Counted from the first letter of the stretch, positions 9,958 to 22,708 are shown. The stretch: 64,000 nucleotides of DNA from Epithemia pelagica (GCA_946965045.2 OX337241.1:3100001-3164000); one strand, 5' to 3'. Notes: generated from the sequence alone by a model not told the origin. Numbers and translations: made by a program.

Positions 9958-11190
9958 ATGACAACGTTACTGAAAGAACAAGCATGGCAGTCGGGCCTTG
10001 TCTTATCGGACGAGACAGCAGAGTGGAATCAAAATGACTGGCCTCCACTTGTGGGTGGATGGCGTGCAGGTCATACTTCGGTCGTACTTGATCACCCCGA
10101 TACGGACGGCAACGACAACAACAACAACAACAACAAGAGACAAACCGTCGTCGTGTTGGGCGGATTTCAAGCAGGTCAGGGCAGTCTCGATTCCATTCTT
10201 GTATTGAACGTGGCAGCGCCGGACAAGCACTGGCGAGAAGGGCCATCAATGAACAAGAGTCGTCGAGGACATGCCATTGTTGTGTGCAACGGTGGCGTCT
10301 ACGTCATGGGAGGCTGCAATGGAAGCTCAGTATTTGATTGTATCGAACGAATTGACGAAAATGATTTGCTGCTATCACCTTTAACAACAAACATCATCAC
10401 ACATGCGAGTAATTGGACGACATTGACATGTCGGTTATCATCTGGACGACATGGGTGTTGTGCTGTCGCGGTTCACAACCGATACATCGTTGTAATGGGT
10501 GGATACAGCGATCGTTATTTGTCGTCGGTGGATATTATAGATACAAACAGCCACACTGTCATTGCCGGACCAAGCATGATTGTTCCACGACAATGGTTTG
10601 CCAGTGCGGTCATTGGTCACCGCATCTTTGTCGTTGGAGGTCATAACGATAATGGCCATCTTGACTCGGTGGAGTATATGGACTACACAACCCTCTGTGA
10701 CAATGATGAGGCAAAGAACAAGACTGGTTCGAGGTTTATTTCCTTCTCGACCCTTTGGACCACTCATTCGGGGCTGAGGCTTTCCAATGCACGAAGGTCT
10801 CGTGCGATGGTTGCCGTGGGATCTTGTCTGGTTGTGGCGGGAGGATGGCACAATTCAACCGTGGAAGTCTTGGATACGCACCGCAACCGCGTGTGGAATC
10901 TTCCACCATTAGATAATCACCGCGAAGGCTGCAGTCTAGTGACTGTTGCCAATCAAGTTGCCGTGATTGGTGGATATCCCAATCCTTCATGTGCAACATT
11001 ACCACTACTGGATAGGAATACGTGGTGTTTTCGTCGTCTCTGTGAGCAGCAATCGAACGGATGGTATCATTCTCTTGAAGGTAAGGGTATCCGAGATGCT
11101 GATATCTCACCCTTCTCCACATCGACATTAGCTCGCAAACGAGTAAGGACCAATACATGCCAAAATGATAGAGGGAATGATGAAACCTAG
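9958..11190 (+). CDS. Kelch-repeat protein K3
   Basis: Intact six-blade ORF with a poly-Asn loop and C-terminal RKRVR. Confidence 0.9.
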   Translation: MTTLLKEQAWQSGLVLSDETAEWNQNDWPPLVGGWRAGHTSVVLDHPDTDGNDNNNNNNKRQTVVVLGGFQAGQGSLDSILVLNVAAPDKHWREGPSMNKSRRGHAIVVCNGGVYVMGGCNGSSVFDCIERIDENDLLLSPLTTNIITHASNWTTLTCRLSSGRHGCCAVAVHNRYIVVMGGYSDRYLSSVDIIDTNSHTVIAGPSMIVPRQWFASAVIGHRIFVVGGHNDNGHLDSVEYMDYTTLCDNDEAKNKTGSRFISFSTLWTTHSGLRLSNARRSRAMVAVGSCLVVAGGWHNSTVEVLDTHRNRVWNLPPLDNHREGCSLVTVANQVAVIGGYPNPSCATLPLLDRNTWCFRRLCEQQSNGWYHSLEGKGIRDADISPFSTSTLARKRVRTNTCQNDRGNDET

Positions 11191-11819
11191 CCGTTTGTTT
11201 TCGAGTGGTTGACTTGTTTTCTACATTCGATTGCAATCGTAGAACCTTGTAAGTAGTAATTCAAAGGTAGAAAGAACATGTTGCAAGAAAGAAGGTGCTT
11301 ATTTGTTGTCAACGACCCGATTTGTCTACCTCTAAAAGTGGTACGACGCTTCGGCCATGACCTGACACAGTTGTGGGACAGTGCCACCACCGGGGTTGTA
11401 CGATCATGAGAAAAGATTCTGGTGCTTTGGGGCGGTGTCATGGAACTTTACGCGACACAAAGTCTGAATGTTGCTTTATTCTTCGTAGATCCGGTTTTGT
11501 TCATACTTAAGTTCGATCTATACAGCGATGACACAGAGCACGATGAGTAGGAGAGGAGCACCAAGATGAGGACGAATCCGACATGGACAAAACGGGTGGA
11601 TCGGCATGTCCTTTCGAACAATAGGAGAAAGACGAGAGGGTGAAGCCATGCTGATCCTGTCATGATTGAGAGCGATTCGAGACAATACTCTGGATTCTGA
11701 AGGGTGTCGGGGTCGACGAGGTTCCATTGACGGAGGCTGGCTATAATGGAACTATCTTGTGTTGATTGGTGGAAAGGAACGTGTCATGTTCTCCCTCGTT
11801 ATTGTCATTGGCTAAGCCG

Positions 11820-12520
11820 CTCCCCATCGCGATGTCTTGCCCCCTCAATGCCAGTTCCACCGAAACCTTGTTGCACGACAACAACACTGTCGAACAGCAG
11901 TGTTCGACCTCGATCACGGCATCCTTTGTGCCTCGTACCGAACTCAGAAGCACCAACAACACAACCGCGACAACGAATGCCGGCGGTCATGTCTTGGCTG
12001 TCTTGGAAGCCTTGCCACCCACACCGTATGAAGGGTTGGTCGTGTTGGAACGCTAGTAGTCGCCCGAGGCGGTTTTGCTCGTCGCAATCCGAATGGCCAA
12101 ATTCATCTATCTGTTTTTGCCAATTGTCGCAATGGACCAGAACGACAACAAGGAATCGAGTCTTGTCGTTGCCACACCACAACCTCCCGAACTACCAACG
12201 CAGCCACAAAACAAGAAGGCGGTCATCTTTCCTCTTCCTAGCATACCTCAATTGGACGAAACTGACGGTGCCATTGCCGTGTAACCAACTGTGTTCAATT
12301 CCATCTTGGAAGTCGGAGCATTGACGACGACGACAACGAGTCAGGCAACGTCCACCACCACTACTTCCTGTCGCAGCATTGCTCGTCCGGTTGCTCATGC
12401 CTGGAAACAAGCTCCTCCTCATCGCGATGTCGTGCCCCTCGATGACAGTTCCGCCGAAACCTTGTTGCACGATTACAACACTGTCGCACAAGAGTACTCT
12501 ACCTCCACTTTGTGCCTCGC
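11820..12520 (+). pseudogene. Two adjacent fragments of a multi-copy decayed gene ('family X'); other fragments at ~5130-5320, 14500-14960, 23340-23700, 49110-49400 and 57500-57860
   Basis: Recurrent translation RDVLPLNASSxETLLHDYxTVEQQC...HVLAVLEALxPTPYE, broken by stops and frameshifts in most copies. No domain recognised. Confidence 0.5.
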
Positions 12521-12785
12521 ACTGACCTATTCATCATACAAAAGGACCTCTTCATCATCACAAATAATGCTGTCGCTCTCTCGTCGTCTGCCAAAAGATA
12601 CTCTTTTCTTGGGGCTTGTCATGAAATCTATGTGCGATTGATTGTCCTTCACCATCGTACGCAGGACAGGCACACCTTTTCTGTCTCCATAAAAAACACA
12701 CCGCGGTCTCCACGCAAAAAAGCAAAGCTTCCACGCGTTGCTGTATTATTATTCTCTGTCAACGTATTAGTAAAGCGCCGTGACC

Positions 12786-13985
12786 ATGACAACGGCACTG
12801 AAAGAAGAAGCATGGCAGTCGGGCCTTGTACTCTTGGAGGAGACAGCTGAATGGAATTACCAGGACTGGCCCTCTCTTGTGGGAGGAGCTCGTGGAGATC
12901 ATGCTACGGTCGTTCTTGATCATCCCGACACGGACAAGGACAACAACAACAAGGAACACACCGTCGTCGTGATGGGAGGATATCGAACAGGTCAAGGCGA
13001 GCTCGATTCGGTTCTTACATTGAATCTATCACACCCCAGCAAGCAGTGGCGAGAAGGACCACCCATGAACAGGGGACGTTCTGGACATGCCGCTGTTGTT
13101 TGCAATGGCGGCGTGTACGTGATGGGAGGATACAATCGAGTAACTTTGGATTGTATTGAACGAATCGATGCCAATGATGTGCTTCGATCATCCTTAACAA
13201 CCACCACCACGCAGGATAGTCATTGGACAACATTGACTTGTCGATTATCAACGGGACGAGTGGGATGTTGTGCTGTTGCCGTGCACAACCGATACATCGT
13301 TGTAATGGGTGGACGCAGCAATCGTTATGGGTCGTCGGTGGATATTGTTGATACCAGCAATCACACTCTCATTGAGGGACCATCTATGACTGTTCCTCGA
13401 TCATACTTTGACAGCGCAGTCGTTGGACACCGCATCTTTGTCGTTGGAGGCCGAAACGATGACAATGTACTTGATTCGGTGGAGTATTTGGATTTTGCAG
13501 AGGAGAGAAAAGACGACTCTTTGACGACAGTCATTTCCTTCTCGTCCGCTTGGACCACTCACTCTGAATTGGTGCTTTCCAACCCTCGAGCTTTTTGTGC
13601 AATGGTAGCCGTGGGATCTTGTCTGGTGGTGGCGGGAGGACGAGGCAATTTAAGTGTGGAAGTCTTGGATACGCTTCGCAACCGCGTGTGGAATCTTCGT
13701 CGACTGCAAGAACAACGATGGTGCTGCAGTATGGTGACCGTTGCCAATCAAGTTGCCGTGATCGGTGGACTGGACAATCGTACCTGTGCGACATTCCCAT
13801 TAATGGACAAGAATACGTGGTGTTTTCGACGACTCTATGAGCAGCCTCAGAACGAATGGTACCAGTTCCGGGAAGGAATGGGCATCCGAGATGCTGACAT
13901 TTCGCGCTTTTCCACCTCGACATCAGTTCGTAAACGCGCAAGGTCCAATGCGCACCGTGGTGATGAAGGGAAGGATGAAACTTGA
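12786..13985 (+). CDS. Kelch-repeat protein K4
   Basis: Intact six-blade ORF; ATG at 12786; C-terminal RKRAR. Confidence 0.9.
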   Translation: MTTALKEEAWQSGLVLLEETAEWNYQDWPSLVGGARGDHATVVLDHPDTDKDNNNKEHTVVVMGGYRTGQGELDSVLTLNLSHPSKQWREGPPMNRGRSGHAAVVCNGGVYVMGGYNRVTLDCIERIDANDVLRSSLTTTTTQDSHWTTLTCRLSTGRVGCCAVAVHNRYIVVMGGRSNRYGSSVDIVDTSNHTLIEGPSMTVPRSYFDSAVVGHRIFVVGGRNDDNVLDSVEYLDFAEERKDDSLTTVISFSSAWTTHSELVLSNPRAFCAMVAVGSCLVVAGGRGNLSVEVLDTLRNRVWNLRRLQEQRWCCSMVTVANQVAVIGGLDNRTCATFPLMDKNTWCFRRLYEQPQNEWYQFREGMGIRDADISRFSTSTSVRKRARSNAHRGDEGKDET

Positions 13986-16189
13986 AATTTGCAACGTATT
14001 GCATGTACGTCGTAACAATAGTGGAATTATAGCATGTTATCATATTACTCTCAAACAGTAGTTGTAGTGTTTTCTTGATGATATTGCGACCTATAGAGAT
14101 ATCATGTACACCGTTGTACTAGTAGAAAACGAAAGTTACACTATCCGGCATGACACCGCAAACAGGAGTGGAGCCAGGCTTGGGGTAAAGATGTTCATGG
14201 TACCATGCCTCTCTGCTGTTGAATGAGTCGAGTTATCATGCTGTGGAAGATTATGGTTGCGTGCCTGAAACAACATGGCGCAGTGACTCGTTTGGACGGT
14301 CATCTTCGTTCCGACCATGCGTTTAATTGTGTGGGGTCCGGTCCTTCTATGGCTAATGCCTGCGTAAGAGGACAGTACCCCGTCTTTCGATGCTCGTGGC
14401 GGTTTTGGGTGACAGGACAATTGCGAATCCTTTGGAATTTTTAGCACCGACGTGTTCGATATTTCCTCCAATACAGCAACTATTCTTTATCATGAGGTCG
14501 GTAATTTGCTCGCAATGGACCAGAACGACAACACGGATCGAGTCTCGTCGTTGCCACACCATAACCTTCCGAATTACGAACGCAGCCACAAATGAAGAAG
14601 TACCTAAATTGGACGAAACTGCTGACGGCGCCATTGCCGTGGAACCGACTGTGTTCAATCTATCTTGGAAGTCGGAGCATTGACGGCGGCGACGACAACG
14701 ACAACGAATCAGGAAACCTCCACCACCGCTATTCCCTGTCGCACTATTGCTCGTTCGAATGCTAATGCCTGGAAACAAGCTGCTCCCCATCGCGATGTCT
14801 TGCCCCTCAATGACAGTTCCGCCAAACCTTGTTGCACGATTATAACACTGTCGAGCAGCAGTGTTGGACTTCGATCACTACCGCATTTAAGCCTCGTACC
14901 GAACTCAGCAGTACCAACAACAAAACCACGACCACGAATGGCGCCGATCATGTCTCGGCTGTAGTCTTAAAGAACTTTTGTTGTTCTTCTTCGTTGGATT
15001 CTGGTTGGTGTTGCGAATCTTCGTCTGGTCGATGTGGAAGGGCGATGGGACCCTTTCCCATAATCGATTCTTTACCTGTTGATTCTCCCGTGTCGGGTGC
15101 ATGACGTAACCGTGTCGATTCAAATGACGATTTCCCCGATGACCCTTGTACATGAAATCCTCGACAAGGCCCACATAGCTCCAAACATCGGATCGAGCCG
15201 AGTAAAAGGCCACATAGACCACCAAGGTAATCGCAGTGCCACGGAGCAGCCACCATTGGGTGTCATTTGGCAAGAATGACGAACCATTGAGAGTTGTCGC
15301 ATCTTTATGTGGAGATTTGCTGTCCGTAGATTGGAGCGATGCGAACTTGAGGGTCCATGCAAACTCTCTTGCGCTCCTCGATCTATTATGTTGGCAACCG
15401 CCATTGTTTCCCAATGTTGGGACTGATCCTGGGCCTCGCAATTCAATTGTCACGGATTGAAGGAGGCCACTTCATGGTTGTTGTCCTCAATCGTCGCTTC
15501 TTGAAGAGACATGTTGGTGAAATTGATTGATAAGGTCAAGTCGTCGTCGCCTTCATCGTGGTCGATGCGATGGAGTAGTCCCCAGCGGGGGTAAGGATTC
15601 GGGTCGCATATGTGTCGTGCTTTTGGTCTTCTAACTACTCATTCACGAATTCTCATGACTACCTCCCGCTGGGAGTTAGTCATGGACGTGCACCATAGCC
15701 TGTACCTACAATCTTGATGACAGTAAAAGATACTAGGTAGAAACGCTAGGAATGTTTTGTGGCGTGGAGAACAACGGGGTCGACGACAATGGACGATGTG
15801 GGCCATACCAAGTTCCACCCCACCACCATCACAACATGCACTGCGCAACCTTACAGCAATCGTACCGCCGCATCATGGATCACATCATGAATTCGAGATG
15901 ACTTTTGATGCTTGTCCGTCTCAACCTGCAATGATCAACCGTAGAACAAGATCAGTGTCCACTGTGCTTCTCGTCGACTTGGTATGCGTAAGGAACCAAC
16001 AACCAGACAAACTGTGGAGCCTTCATCGAGAGGGACCACGAAACACTGTGTACTACTAGGACGACGCGTCCCGAAAATTATATGGCGACGAAACTGACCT
16101 GTGCCAGTACCACCACGACAACGACAGGCACCCGTTATTCTGGACTCCGACCATTGACCAGCAGTACTTGCAGGATGAAACAACAAGAG

Positions 16190-16401
16190 CACAGTGTCAA
16201 CCACAGCAGCTCGGTCGAAGCAACTGTCACGATTTGTTTCGTGACAAAAGCTCCTACCCCTCTTTGGTCCATCGATTTCGTGCAGTCAGTCGTGCTTCCA
16301 GTCCGCACCCATCAGCATCACAACAGCAGAGCAGCCCTACGTGCCTCTTACAAGACAGTGTCTTGATCCCCATAAATTCTGAAGTCGAAAGGTTTGCAAC
16401 C
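16190..16401 (+). promoter_or_regulatory. Class-B Kelch upstream module; also before K6, K7, K11, K13, K15 and (degenerate) K14
   Basis: Recurring GTCACGATTTGT...GTCGTGCTTCCAGTCCGCACCC...CAGTGTCTCGATCCCCATAAATTC directly 5' of these ATGs; unrelated to class A. Confidence 0.45.
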
Positions 16402-17541
16402 ATGACAACCACACTGAAAGAACAAGCATGGCAGTCGGGCCTTGTCTTATCGGACGACACAGCAGAATGGAATGAAAACGATTGGCCTCCTCTCGAGGGT
16501 GGATGGCGTTCGTTTCATACATCGGTCGTACTAAATCATCCCATTAAGACCGACTATAACAACGACAAGGGACAAACAGTCGTGGTGATGGGAGGATGCG
16601 ACAAAGGCTGGAATACTACCAATTCCGTTCTTGTACTCAATTTAGCAGCGCCCGACAAGCACTGGCGAGAAGAGACATCAATGAACAAGAGTCGTCGAGG
16701 ACATGCCGCTGTTGGGTGCAACGGAGGCGTCTACGTGATGGGAGGATACAATGGAAGATTATTTTTAGATTGTATCGAAAGAATTGACGTAAAGGATTTG
16801 CAGCGAGCATCTTCGACATCCAGCACCACACAGGAGAGCCCTTGGACGACATTGACATGTCGCTTATCAACGCGACGGTTTGGATGTTGTGCTCTTTCGT
16901 TGCACAACCGATATATTGTTGTGATGGGTGGCTATTGCAACCATCGTTATTGGTCGTCGGTGGATATTGTTGATACCAAGAATCACATTGTCACTGCTGG
17001 ACCATCCATGACTGTTCCTCGATCTTTTTGTTCCAGTGCGGTCGTTGGCCACCTCATCTTTGTCGTTGGAGGTCATAACGATGAGCATGTCAAACATGCC
17101 TCGGTGGAGTACGTGGACTTTGCAGAGCCCTGTGACAGTGATCAGATAAAAGAGGAGACTGGTTCAACATTCATTCCCCTCTCGTCCGCTTGGATCACTC
17201 ATTCTGATTTGGTGCTTTCCAACCCTAGAGATTCTTGTGCAATGGTTCCCGTGGGATCTTGTCTGGTGGTGGCCGGAGGATGGCGCAATTCAACCGTGGA
17301 AGTCTTGGATACGCGCCGCAACCGTGTGTGGAATCTCCCACCATTCACTAATAACTGCCGCAGTGGTTGCAGTATGTTGACTGCTGCCAATCAAGTTGCC
17401 GTGATCGGTGGAGAGCACAATCCTACCTGTGCGACATTGCCACTAATGGATAGGAATTCGTGGTGTTTTCGCCGTCTGTGTGAGCAGCAACTTAGCGGAT
17501 GGTACCATTTTCGGGAAGGAATGGGCATTTCGTCCTTCTGA
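16402..17541 (+). CDS. Kelch-repeat protein K5 (propeller intact, C-terminal basic tail lost)
   Basis: Six blades; ends GMGISSF* after a deletion relative to the paralogs. Confidence 0.85.
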   Translation: MTTTLKEQAWQSGLVLSDDTAEWNENDWPPLEGGWRSFHTSVVLNHPIKTDYNNDKGQTVVVMGGCDKGWNTTNSVLVLNLAAPDKHWREETSMNKSRRGHAAVGCNGGVYVMGGYNGRLFLDCIERIDVKDLQRASSTSSTTQESPWTTLTCRLSTRRFGCCALSLHNRYIVVMGGYCNHRYWSSVDIVDTKNHIVTAGPSMTVPRSFCSSAVVGHLIFVVGGHNDEHVKHASVEYVDFAEPCDSDQIKEETGSTFIPLSSAWITHSDLVLSNPRDSCAMVPVGSCLVVAGGWRNSTVEVLDTRRNRVWNLPPFTNNCRSGCSMLTAANQVAVIGGEHNPTCATLPLMDRNSWCFRRLCEQQLSGWYHFREGMGISSF

Positions 17542-20500
17542 ATGAACAATGACCAGTACGTACTAGTGATAAAGGCAAGGATGAAACTTGAAATGGGCAA
17601 CATATTGCATTGATGTCCTGCACAGCGGAACTATAAAATAATGATTTTGTTCTCAAACACTTTCTTGTTTCCTGCATTGATGTCCTGCAAAAGGGGATAT
17701 ATTATATAGTGTAATCTTTTTAGTTCTTAAACTACTGCTCTGTTGTTTGCATGGCATTGCAAACTATTGAGATATTCATGTACATCGGTGAAGTAGAAAT
17801 GAGATAATGTGATACAGCTTACGGCCGGGAACGTGATTTCTCGAAACGACGAACGCCATGGAATATCGAGCGCTTTGCTTTGTATTGAGTGTTTCTGTCG
17901 TTGTGGCCCTTGTTTTGCCAGCCCCTTCGGATTATGCAAAAGAAAAATCCGCTATTTTGGCTGGACTCCAAACTTCTATAAGAGTCACTGTGACTGCATG
18001 AATGGAATTCGTTCTATTCTCTGACGGAGCGACGATTATCCCCGTATTTGCCTGGACTGTAAAAGGACGTTGGGATTTGCCATGTGTATGACTAAAGTCA
18101 AGAGCAATGACAGGACAATCTTCGCACACCCCTTCAATCACGGTATGGGGATCCAAACGACCCACCCTCTCCACTTCATGTTTGTTCAATTCTTGTTCCA
18201 AATCTTTTGGAATGAATCCCAAGTACCAATATTGACCTTCGCAAACTTGAGCAATCGAACCCGATACTGACTACTTGGCATTTGCTGAAGGTTCTTGGAT
18301 ATTACGTGTCTACCAAGGACTGTACATGCCAGCAATAATGGAAAAACGGAGACGATGCACGACGGCATTCCACAGAGATGCCTTGCACTGGTACCAACGG
18401 GAGGACAAACCTTTGTCGTCCAACCATCCAAGTGTCATTTCGAGCAATCGATGATGACTCATCGTCAATCATTTCCAAGGCCGGACTCTCTTTTAGAGTT
18501 GATTGAAGACGATTCGACAGAGGACGAGCCATGGGCAAAGATGCGGACAACATTGAGAAAAGAGAGATTTGTCGTTTCCCAATGAGAGAATGAGTCGAGG
18601 CCTCGTCTGCGGCCTGCTTGGCCATCGTCAACATCCGTTGTTGCAGTTGAAGCAAGGTAAGGTTGGAACAGCATGTCGATCGGCCAGTACACACCAACCA
18701 TTCCGACAACAACAACAACAGTTCCATCACTTTCGCGAAGCAACTGATGCAGCATGGAGTAAATGGCGTAACCGATCAGACAACAATTGCATGGCTTGTT
18801 TATGATTCATGAGAAACGTCTTGCACTGTGGTTCTCCAGGTTACGAGCCCAAATTGAGTTGCCCATTGCCAGTGCCACGGCTCCAGAATTCAGAACGGCA
18901 ACCGCACGTAGCAGTCACCATTGGGTGTCAATGGTAAGAATGACTCGTCCCCATCGAGACTTGTCGTATCTCTTTGCGGATCTATGCTCTCAGTAGATTG
19001 GAAGGATTCGAACTTGAGGGTCCATGCAACCTCTCGCGAATGACTTGCGCTCTTCTTGATCTGTGACTTGAGTGCTCCACCACCATTCGTTGTTTCAAGT
19101 TCGTCGTTCGTCCTCTCGTCATCGTCGTCGGTGTCCCCAGCGGGGGTGAGGAGTCGGGTCGCATGTGTGTCGTGCTTTTTCTGTGTTCGAACACTCATTC
19201 ACTAATCATCATGACTTACCCCCGCTGAGAGCTAATTCTGGAAGCGCACCCAAAAAGGCTGTACCTACAATCTTTTGGACAGTAGAAGATATTAGAAACG
19301 CTAGGAATGTTTCGTGGCGTGGAGAATGGAGAATGGGCCAACCGACACGACGAATCACCATGATGTGAACGAGACGAAACAAATGTTGGTTCGCTCCTTT
19401 CCTGGGATGGTCCTGCAAACCCCAACCCATCACCACCAACGTAACAGACTCCTGCTTATCATAGAATCATAGAATGTCATTCCAACAGCAATGGCCTCCT
19501 GAAAAGAACCCCTCAAGCCTCTCAAGTGCCACCAATGGCCGCTACTGTCGAATCCAAGCAGGGTGAATCAAGAAACTCCCTTTGTTATGAAATGTACCCG
19601 TTACAGGCAGCCTCAACCACACTCCCAGTGACGCAACAATATTCATGAAACAATTCTGCAGCAAGGACTCTTTTTCTCATTCACAAGATTCGTGGTGGTG
19701 ATCGTCACGAAAACGTCATTTGGTCCCCAACGCCATGATGGCCAGGCCAACTTGGTTCGAACCCTTCATCATAGCCTTGTTGTTGGGGATTGGAAACAAG
19801 CCTTGGTTCCTGCTGGCAAAAAGCAACGGGTCATTGTCCTGCAGAGTTGTGAGGATGGCCGAGGAGGAGCCACATGCTCGATCGGTGTACTGATAATTCC
19901 CAAGGGCGTTTGGCAAAGCTTGAGTAACGACAGAAAAGAGACGAGGGAATGGCGAAAATGATGAGAGCAACAGTCGGGGCAGTAAGGATGACCACCAATA
20001 AGTGCTATAGGATCCATCATTCATCCAGCACAGCACGAACAAAACGTCTCTGCAGAGAAGTCGACCGAAAACTACAGAGAAATCTCAAGATCAGTCTCGT
20101 CCGTTTGCGACAGAAGATCCTCCATAGAGTCCGCCCAAGGCGCAGACGTGACCTGTGCGAAATGGTTGAGTCATTGTTTGATACTCTGAAACTACCAAGC
20201 GTTCCCTCCCGTTTGTCTTTTTACCAACAAGATTCTAACATCAAATCAGCAACCAGAAACGAACACGAGCGATCCACCAATCATGATGGAAGTGTATCCT
20301 TTGTTGGTTTCCAGGCCGTTCCGCAATGATTGAAATTCTTGTTTCGTGGAATCCACTTCGCCATCCCGATGGTCCCTCTAGAAGAAGGGTAGTTGTGGTT
20401 ATCCAAAGGAAAGGCTCAAAAAAGTGTACAATTGCAGAGAGATCCTCTAGTCATGAGATCTCACGAAGAACCTAGGGATGCAACACAGGGAAAGAAAATA

Positions 20501-21631
20501 TGTGGTCATTGTCTCGCCATGAGGTTTATTTCGGTATCCTAGGACGACGCATGGCGAAAATTGCAGGGCGACGAAACGGTCTGAGCCAGTACCACGACAA
20601 CGACCGGCACCCGTCATGACCATCGACCTTCAGTAGTAGCAGGACGGAACAGCAACAGCCGCGAATCATCACACTGAACCACGACCGACGACTGACATGT
20701 GTACTGCCCAGTAGTTGAAGCAAGTTCCTTCCCAGACGACTCGCAACACTACCAATGTCTCCATCCACGGCCTGTGTGCAATGCCGTTGCTTTTCCGTCG
20801 ACTCGGCATTCGTTGAGGGGAACCAACAACCGGACAGACTGGAGCCTTCATTGTATGGTTATTAGGATTGGGAAATGCCAAACAAATCACGACCATACTG
20901 TACTCCCCTTACCAGTGCAAGTGACATCAGCAACAACCACAAAGCATCACATTCATCGCTGTTATGCGCATCTTGTTGTGATTTTGATGTATGGAATTGC
21001 CAACCAGATCACGACAATACTCTACTCCACGGCCCATCGCAAGCGACATCAGCAACAACCACAAAATATCTGAACGAATCCACACCACCTTCATCACTGT
21101 TACGGGTACTCTCCGTTGACGCTTCAAGGTCTGCAGCAACTTGATTGTCCTGTTTTGTCACCTTTCTTCTTGTTTGGTACTAGAAGGACTCTTCTAGTCT
21201 CCACCAGTAAAAGGTTCCACTCGGTCCACCAAAGCAACATGGTCAACTTTTCTTGTTGGAATCCACCAACAAATTGTTGTTCTACTAGGACGATGCATCC
21301 CGAAAATTACCCGGCGACGAATTTGACAAGAGCTAGTAATAACAGGATGGAACAACAAGAGCAGTGCCAACAAACATGGCGTTTATTCCGGTATCCAATA
21401 AAACTTCTACGGTACTCCGAACAAAAATGAGTAATATTCTTCATTGCGTGGCTACGGTCACGATTTGTCTCGTGACAAAACTCCTACCCCTCTTTGGTCC
21501 ATCCATTTCATGCAGTCAGTCGTGCTTCCAGTCCACACCCATCATAACGAAAGGAGCAAAGCAAACCAACGTGCCTCTTACAAGACAGTGTCTCGATCCT
21601 CATAAATTCTGGAGTTGAGACGTTTGGAACC

Positions 21632-22708
21632 ATGACCACAACACTGAAAGAACAAGCATGGCAGTCAGGCCTTGTCCTGTTAAACGAGACACCAGAGTGG
21701 AATTTCGAGGACTGGCCTCCTCTTGAGGGTGGATGGCGTTATCGTCATAGTTCCGTCGTACTGGATCATACCGATAACAACCAGGAACAAACCGTCGTCG
21801 TCTTGGGCGGATTTCAACAAGGCCAAGGCGTGCTTGATTCCGTTCTTGTATTAAACTTGGCAGAATCAAACAAGCAGTGGCGGGAAGGTCCACCCATGCA
21901 CCAGAAACGTTCTGGACATGCCGCTGTTGTTTGCAACGGAGCCATCTACGTGATGGGAGGAGACAATGGAGCACCTTTGGATTGTATCGAACAAATTGAT
22001 GCCAATTATTTTCTGCAATCATCTTTGACAACAACCACCACGCAGGACAGTCATTGGACGACATTGAATTGTCGCTTATCAACGCCACGATGGGGATGTG
22101 GTGCTGTTGCGGTTCACAATCGATATATTGTTGTATTGGGTGGACAAACCAGATTGCAAACCATGTCGTCGGTGGATATTATTGATACCAGCAATCACAT
22201 AGTTACTGCGGGACCGTCCATGAACATTCCTCGACGATTGTGTACCAGTGCGGTCATTGGTCACCGCATTTTTGTCGTTGGGGGGCATAAAGAGCATCGC
22301 CGTCTTGACACGGTGGAGTACTTGGACTATGCAACACTCTGTGGCAATGATGAGACAAAAAAGGAGATTGGCTCGACATTCATTTCTTTCTCGTCCACCT
22401 GGATCACTCATCCTGATTTGGTGCTTTCCAAACCTCGAGGTTGGTGTGGAATGGTTGCCGTGGGATCCTGTCTGGTGTTGGCGGGAGGACGTAGCCTTAC
22501 CGTGGAAGTTTTGGATACGCTTCGCAACCGCGTTTGGAATCTCCGACCATCTGGTTATCCCTACGCTGGCTGCAGTATGGTGGCTGTTGCCAATCAAGTT
22601 GCCGTGATTGGTGGATTTCGCACTACTTCCTGTGCAACATTCCCACTAATGGACAAGAATACATGCTGTTTTCGTCGACTCTGTGAGCAGAATCCCAGTG
22701 GATGGTAA
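21632..22708 (+). CDS. Kelch-repeat protein K6 (propeller intact, premature stop in the tail)
   Basis: TGG TAA at 22703-22708 where paralogs have TGG TAT. A second stop follows, and the downstream tail homology continues to ~22790. Confidence 0.8.
   Translation: MTTTLKEQAWQSGLVLLNETPEWNFEDWPPLEGGWRYRHSSVVLDHTDNNQEQTVVVLGGFQQGQGVLDSVLVLNLAESNKQWREGPPMHQKRSGHAAVVCNGAIYVMGGDNGAPLDCIEQIDANYFLQSSLTTTTTQDSHWTTLNCRLSTPRWGCGAVAVHNRYIVVLGGQTRLQTMSSVDIIDTSNHIVTAGPSMNIPRRLCTSAVIGHRIFVVGGHKEHRRLDTVEYLDYATLCGNDETKKEIGSTFISFSSTWITHPDLVLSKPRGWCGMVAVGSCLVLAGGRSLTVEVLDTLRNRVWNLRPSGYPYAGCSMVAVANQVAVIGGFRTTSCATFPLMDKNTCCFRRLCEQNPSGW

Noticed and set aside
16168-16401. Long N-terminal extensions of K5, K7 (25006), K12 (47058), K1 and K3 given by the ORF track
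   Set aside because: The same upstream module is read in different frames in different copies and contains stops in others. The conserved ATG context (ACC/ATC/GCA-ATG before TxLKEQAW) marks the real start.
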